DNA from: Halarcobacter sp.
GTDB taxonomy: Bacteria > Campylobacterota > Campylobacteria > Campylobacterales > Arcobacteraceae
DNA length: 64,000 nt
Assembly: GCA_048571215.1 (NCBI GenBank)
Contig: CP182352.1
Span: forward strand, 3,456,001 to 3,520,000
Direction: 5' to 3'
How positions within the stretch are numbered: position 1 is the stretch's first letter; each line of letters opens with the position of its first letter. Below are positions 60,093-64,000 of the stretch, one piece after another. The position numbers and the translations under genes are program-made. The notes under the pieces were generated by a model that did not search any database, was not told the origin of the DNA, and saw only the letters and a program-made list of their open reading frames with translations.

Positions 60093-61355
60093 ATGCTATT
60101 AAAAGATAAAAATATTTTAGTTGCAGTTACAGGTTCTATTGCTGTTTATAAAGCTTTAGAGTTGATAAGATTATATATAAAAGCTGGTGCTAATGTAAAA
60201 GTTATCATGACCCAAGCATCACAAAAATTTGTAAGCTCTTTAACTTTTGAAGCGATTTCCCAAAACAAAGTTTTGTGTGAAGATAGTGAGTCTTGGGATA
60301 AAAATGGGGTTTATAACCATATTGATATGGGAAAATGGGCTGATATTTTTGTTATAGCTCCATGTAGTGCAAATACTATCAATAAACTTTCTCATGGAAT
60401 TGCAGATAACCTTTTGACTCAAACTGCTTTAGCTTATCCAAGACTTAAACTTTTAGCACCAGCTGCCAATACAAATATGTTGAAAAATCCAATAACCCAA
60501 GCAAGTTTAAAGATGTTAAAACTTTGTAATTTTGAGATCATATCTTCACAAACTAAAGAGTTAATTTGTAAAGATGTTGGAGATGGTGCCATGGCTGAAC
60601 CACAAAATATTTTTTATGCAACTTGTAAGGCTTTATTAAAAGATGATTATTGGAGTGATAGAAAAGTTGTTTTAAGTGGGGGTGGAACTTTAGAAAAAAT
60701 AGATGATGTAAGATATATCTCTAATTTTTCATCAGGTAAAATGGCTAGTTCTTTAGCTTTGGCTTTATATTTCAAAGGTGCTGATGTGTGTTTGGTAAGT
60801 TCTAGAGGACATGAAAATTTGCCAAATGATATCCATACTATATCAGTAAAAAGTTCATATGAGATGTATGAGTATTTAGTTGATTCTATTAGGGTTGCAA
60901 AAAAAGGGAAAATGAGTTCTAGTACACTAATGGATGATTCAAATCCAAAACTTATACAAAAAAAACCATATCTATTTATGGTTGCTGCTGTTTCTGATTA
61001 TGTTCCAAGTTTTCCCCAAGATGGAAAACTAAAAAAAGATATGTTGGGAGATTCTTGGAGTCTTGAATTAAAACAAAATATGGATATATTATCTTCACTT
61101 GATAAAGATGATATAGTATCTATTGGTTTTAAAGCTGAGATGGATGAAACTGTAGCATTATCAAATGCACAAAATATGTTATCAAAGAAGAAACTTGATG
61201 GGGTTTGTCTAAATATTTTACAAGATAGTGATAGTTTTGGTAAAGAGGATAATAAAATAGAATTAGTATTAGATAATAAATCAAAACATTTTTTAGGGGA
61301 CAAGCTTTCTTTATCTATAGATATGTTGGATTTTTTAAAGGAAGAGTTTGAATAA
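60093..61355 (+). CDS. coaBC: Phosphopantothenoylcysteine decarboxylase/ligase
   Basis: TGSIAVYKA, APCSANTINK, IDDVRYISNFSSGKM, AAVSDY and GFKAE. Confidence 0.95.
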   Translation: MLLKDKNILVAVTGSIAVYKALELIRLYIKAGANVKVIMTQASQKFVSSLTFEAISQNKVLCEDSESWDKNGVYNHIDMGKWADIFVIAPCSANTINKLSHGIADNLLTQTALAYPRLKLLAPAANTNMLKNPITQASLKMLKLCNFEIISSQTKELICKDVGDGAMAEPQNIFYATCKALLKDDYWSDRKVVLSGGGTLEKIDDVRYISNFSSGKMASSLALALYFKGADVCLVSSRGHENLPNDIHTISVKSSYEMYEYLVDSIRVAKKGKMSSSTLMDDSNPKLIQKKPYLFMVAAVSDYVPSFPQDGKLKKDMLGDSWSLELKQNMDILSSLDKDDIVSIGFKAEMDETVALSNAQNMLSKKKLDGVCLNILQDSDSFGKEDNKIELVLDNKSKHFLGDKLSLSIDMLDFLKEEFE

Positions 61356-62043
61356 TTTTAATAATCAAATGCCACCTGAACATATTGCAATAATTATGGA
61401 TGGAAATGGTCGTTGGGCAAAAGAAAGAGGATTAAAAAGAACAGCTGGACATGAAGAGGGTGCCAAAGTTGTAAGGGAAATTACAACCCATTGTTCAAAT
61501 ATTGGAGTAAAGTATTTAACATTATATGCTTTTTCAACAGAAAATTGGAGTAGGCCAAAACTAGAAGTTGAGTTTCTAATGAAGCTTTTAGATAGATATT
61601 TAAAAAATGAATTACCATTATATTTAAAAAATAGTGTTAAATTTAAGGCTATAGGAGATATCTCTAAGTTTTCTAAATCTTTGCAAAAGACTATAAGAGA
61701 CACAGAAGAGAAAACAAAAAATGGAAATAAACTAACTCAAATTTTAGCTTTAAATTATGGTTCTCAAGATGAGATATTAAGAGCTATTAAACTTTTAGAT
61801 GAAAAAAAATTAGAGATTACAAAAGAGAATTTTGAAAGTTGTTTAGATACGGCAGGAGTTTCCCCTGTTGATATGTTGATTAGAACAAGTGGTGAGGTTC
61901 GATTGTCAAACTATCTTTTGTGGCAAAATGCCTATGCTGAGATGTTTTTTATAGATACCTATTGGCCTGAGTTTAGACCTTCTATATTAGATGATTTAAT
62001 TAGTGATTTTAATAATAGAGAGAGACGATTTGGAGGTATTTAG
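61348..62043 (+). CDS. uppS: Undecaprenyl diphosphate synthase
   Basis: HIAIIMDGNGRWA, YAFSTENW.RP, RTSGE.RLSNYLLWQ and RRFGG. Confidence 0.96.
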   Translation: MNNFNNQMPPEHIAIIMDGNGRWAKERGLKRTAGHEEGAKVVREITTHCSNIGVKYLTLYAFSTENWSRPKLEVEFLMKLLDRYLKNELPLYLKNSVKFKAIGDISKFSKSLQKTIRDTEEKTKNGNKLTQILALNYGSQDEILRAIKLLDEKKLEITKENFESCLDTAGVSPVDMLIRTSGEVRLSNYLLWQNAYAEMFFIDTYWPEFRPSILDDLISDFNNRERRFGGI

Positions 62044-62791
62044 TTTTATTTTTGGTTTATTGTTTGGGTCATTTTTAAATGTACTAATAATAAGATTACC
62101 CCAAAACTTATCTTTTGTGAAACCTAGAAGTTATTGTCCAAAATGTAAACATCAAATCTCTTGGTATCACAATATCCCTGTTTTTTCTTTTTTCTTTTTA
62201 AAAGGTAAATGTGCTTATTGTAGTGAAAAAATCTCAATACAATACCCAATAGTGGAACTTATTACTGCTTTTGTAAGCTTGGCTTTATATGTGAAATTAG
62301 GATTTAGTTTAGAGTTTTTATTTTCTTTAATATTTTTTTATACTTTGATAGTTTTGTCTTTTATAGATTTTGAGTATAAAGCAGTACCAGACTATTTACT
62401 TTTAATAGCTTTTATAAGCTCTTTTTTCTTTTCCTCTTTTTCTATTATAGATATGTTTAAGTATGCTTTCTTATTTTCTGGGGCCTTTGTGATTTTAAAT
62501 TTTTTATTAACTTTTTATATCCAAAATATAAAAGCAAAAATAAAAAAAGATGAAAGTTTAAAAGAACAAGAAGCATTAGGGGAGGGCGATATTCCTATAA
62601 TTGCAGCTATTGGTATACTTTTGGGAGTTAAAGGTGCACTTATCGCAATATTTTTATCAGCATTTTTTGCTATAATACCCTCAATCTATTTTAGTTTTGT
62701 AAAAAAAGATATTCAAACTCCATTTATTCCATATTTATCACTGGGACTTGCTGTTGAGTATTTTTTTGGTATCTCAAAGGTTTTTCATTGA
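62030..62791 (+). CDS. Prepilin peptidase (A24 family)
   Basis: GSFLNVLIIRLP, RSYCPKC..WYHNIP..GKCAYC, ID, GEGD and PFIPYL. A TTG start at 62030 is preferred over the GTG at 62003. Confidence 0.9.
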   Translation: MEVFSFIFGLLFGSFLNVLIIRLPQNLSFVKPRSYCPKCKHQISWYHNIPVFSFFFLKGKCAYCSEKISIQYPIVELITAFVSLALYVKLGFSLEFLFSLIFFYTLIVLSFIDFEYKAVPDYLLLIAFISSFFFSSFSIIDMFKYAFLFSGAFVILNFLLTFYIQNIKAKIKKDESLKEQEALGEGDIPIIAAIGILLGVKGALIAIFLSAFFAIIPSIYFSFVKKDIQTPFIPYLSLGLAVEYFFGISKVFH

Positions 62792-63804
62792 AATTAAAGC
62801 AATATTTATTAAGTCAACTATCATACACTTTTTTCCCAATTTTTTTAGCTTTATATTTTATAACTTCAATTATATTTTTAGTAAAGATTGCAGCTTTGAC
62901 TTCTATTATTACAATAGATATATTTGAATTATTTAAGCTTTATATGTATGTTATTCCTACAATTATATTTTTTACTATGCCAACCTCATTTTTTATCTCT
63001 TTAGTTATAACTTTAACTAAATTGTCAAATGAATATGAGCTTATTGTTATAACCTCATTTGGTTTAAATCCCATAAGAATTATGAAGATATTTTTACCTA
63101 TTACACTTTTTTTAACTATCTCCTTACTTGTTATATCTGTAGGACTTATTCCAAAAGCAAAGTTTTTAAATCAACAGTTTTTAGACCAAAAGAAAAAAGA
63201 GGCAAATTTTAATATTAAAGCCTCTGAATTTGGTCAAAAGTTTGGGGATTGGTTGATATATATAAGTCAAAAAGAGGATAAAGATTACAAAGATATAGTG
63301 CTTTTTAAAACAGATGGAAAACAAGATGAATTTATTATGTCTCAAAAAGCTTCTTTACAAAATGAGCAGGGGGAACTTAGTTTTAAACTTTTTGAGGGGA
63401 AAAGTTTTAATATAACTGAAAATGAGTTAAATCAAATAGAGTATAAAACTATGCAAATCAATGATTCTATTACAAATAAAAATGATAGATTTTTTAGTAC
63501 CTCATATAACTATTGGAAAACTTTACTTTCTAATGGAGCAGGAGTTGATAAATTCACTTATTATATATTAACTTCAATTTTTCCACTTATATCACTGTTT
63601 TTAGTGGTAAGCTTTGGGTATTTTAATCCTAGGTATGAAAAAAGTAGAGCTATTACTTTTAGTTTAATATCTATTATAATATATTATATTTTTATTAAAA
63701 TATTAAGTGATAACTTACTTCTACACTCTTTATATTTGGTTCCATTCTTATGGCTTGTTGGTACCTATATTTTATATAGAAAAAAAATAAAACCCCAATA
63801 TTAA
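62788..63804 (+). CDS. LptF/LptG-family LPS export permease
   Basis: Three N-terminal and three C-terminal transmembrane segments; KLSNEYELIVITSFG. Confidence 0.88.
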   Translation: MKLKQYLLSQLSYTFFPIFLALYFITSIIFLVKIAALTSIITIDIFELFKLYMYVIPTIIFFTMPTSFFISLVITLTKLSNEYELIVITSFGLNPIRIMKIFLPITLFLTISLLVISVGLIPKAKFLNQQFLDQKKKEANFNIKASEFGQKFGDWLIYISQKEDKDYKDIVLFKTDGKQDEFIMSQKASLQNEQGELSFKLFEGKSFNITENELNQIEYKTMQINDSITNKNDRFFSTSYNYWKTLLSNGAGVDKFTYYILTSIFPLISLFLVVSFGYFNPRYEKSRAITFSLISIIIYYIFIKILSDNLLLHSLYLVPFLWLVGTYILYRKKIKPQY

Positions 63805-63806
63805 AA

Positions 63807-64000
63807 ATGAATGCTAAATTTACTATTTCATATGATGGAACTAAGTTTTTAGGCAGTCAAACCCAAGCAAATGGATTAAGTGTTGAAGATAAAATTCAAG
63901 AGGCTTTTAAATCCATAAATATAGAAACAAAGATAATACTAAGTGGAAGAACAGATAGAGATGTTCATGCTACAGGGCAAGTATTTAATTGTATTCTTCC
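63807..64000 (+). CDS. truA: tRNA pseudouridine(38-40) synthase, 5' part
   Basis: MNAKFTISYDGTKFLGSQTQ...SGRTDRDVHATGQV, open to the window end. Confidence 0.92.
   Translation, partial: MNAKFTISYDGTKFLGSQTQANGLSVEDKIQEAFKSINIETKIILSGRTDRDVHATGQVFNCIL

Overview
AT-rich chromosome segment of a Campylobacterota (epsilon-proteobacterial) organism, most likely Arcobacteraceae (inferred from gene content, short 282-aa flagellins and sigma70-type promoters). The left arm is housekeeping: mqnD-like 3' end, murB, topA, phosphoesterase, bioB, cation/H+ antiporter, AMIN protein, FtsB-like protein, eno and recA. The right arm is also housekeeping: trmA, a TPR-glycosyltransferase, a SUV3-like helicase, an ankyrin protein, glmU, coaBC, uppS, prepilin peptidase, lptF/G and the truA 5' end. 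Between them lies a flagellin glycosylation island of about 43 kb. It holds 33 co-oriented, tightly packed + strand genes (9700-47185), a second convergent Maf gene and three nearly identical flagellins. The island encodes eight radical SAM enzymes (four are clear paralogues), a nonulosonate module that looks KDN-like rather than Pse/Leg-like, a split transketolase, four methyltransferases, a sulfotransferase, a carbamoyltransferase, a FemAB-like GNAT, a DegT aminotransferase, a UDP-glucuronate decarboxylase and many glycosyltransferases. No polysaccharide exporter is visible. The flagellin intergenic DNA shows a four-hairpin 5' leader with compensatory base changes between paralogues, hairpins spanning the stop codons with alternative pairings, and a conserved promoter motif. 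No tRNA, rRNA, CRISPR array or mobile element was recognised. All functional calls come from reading motifs by eye; no database search was run.
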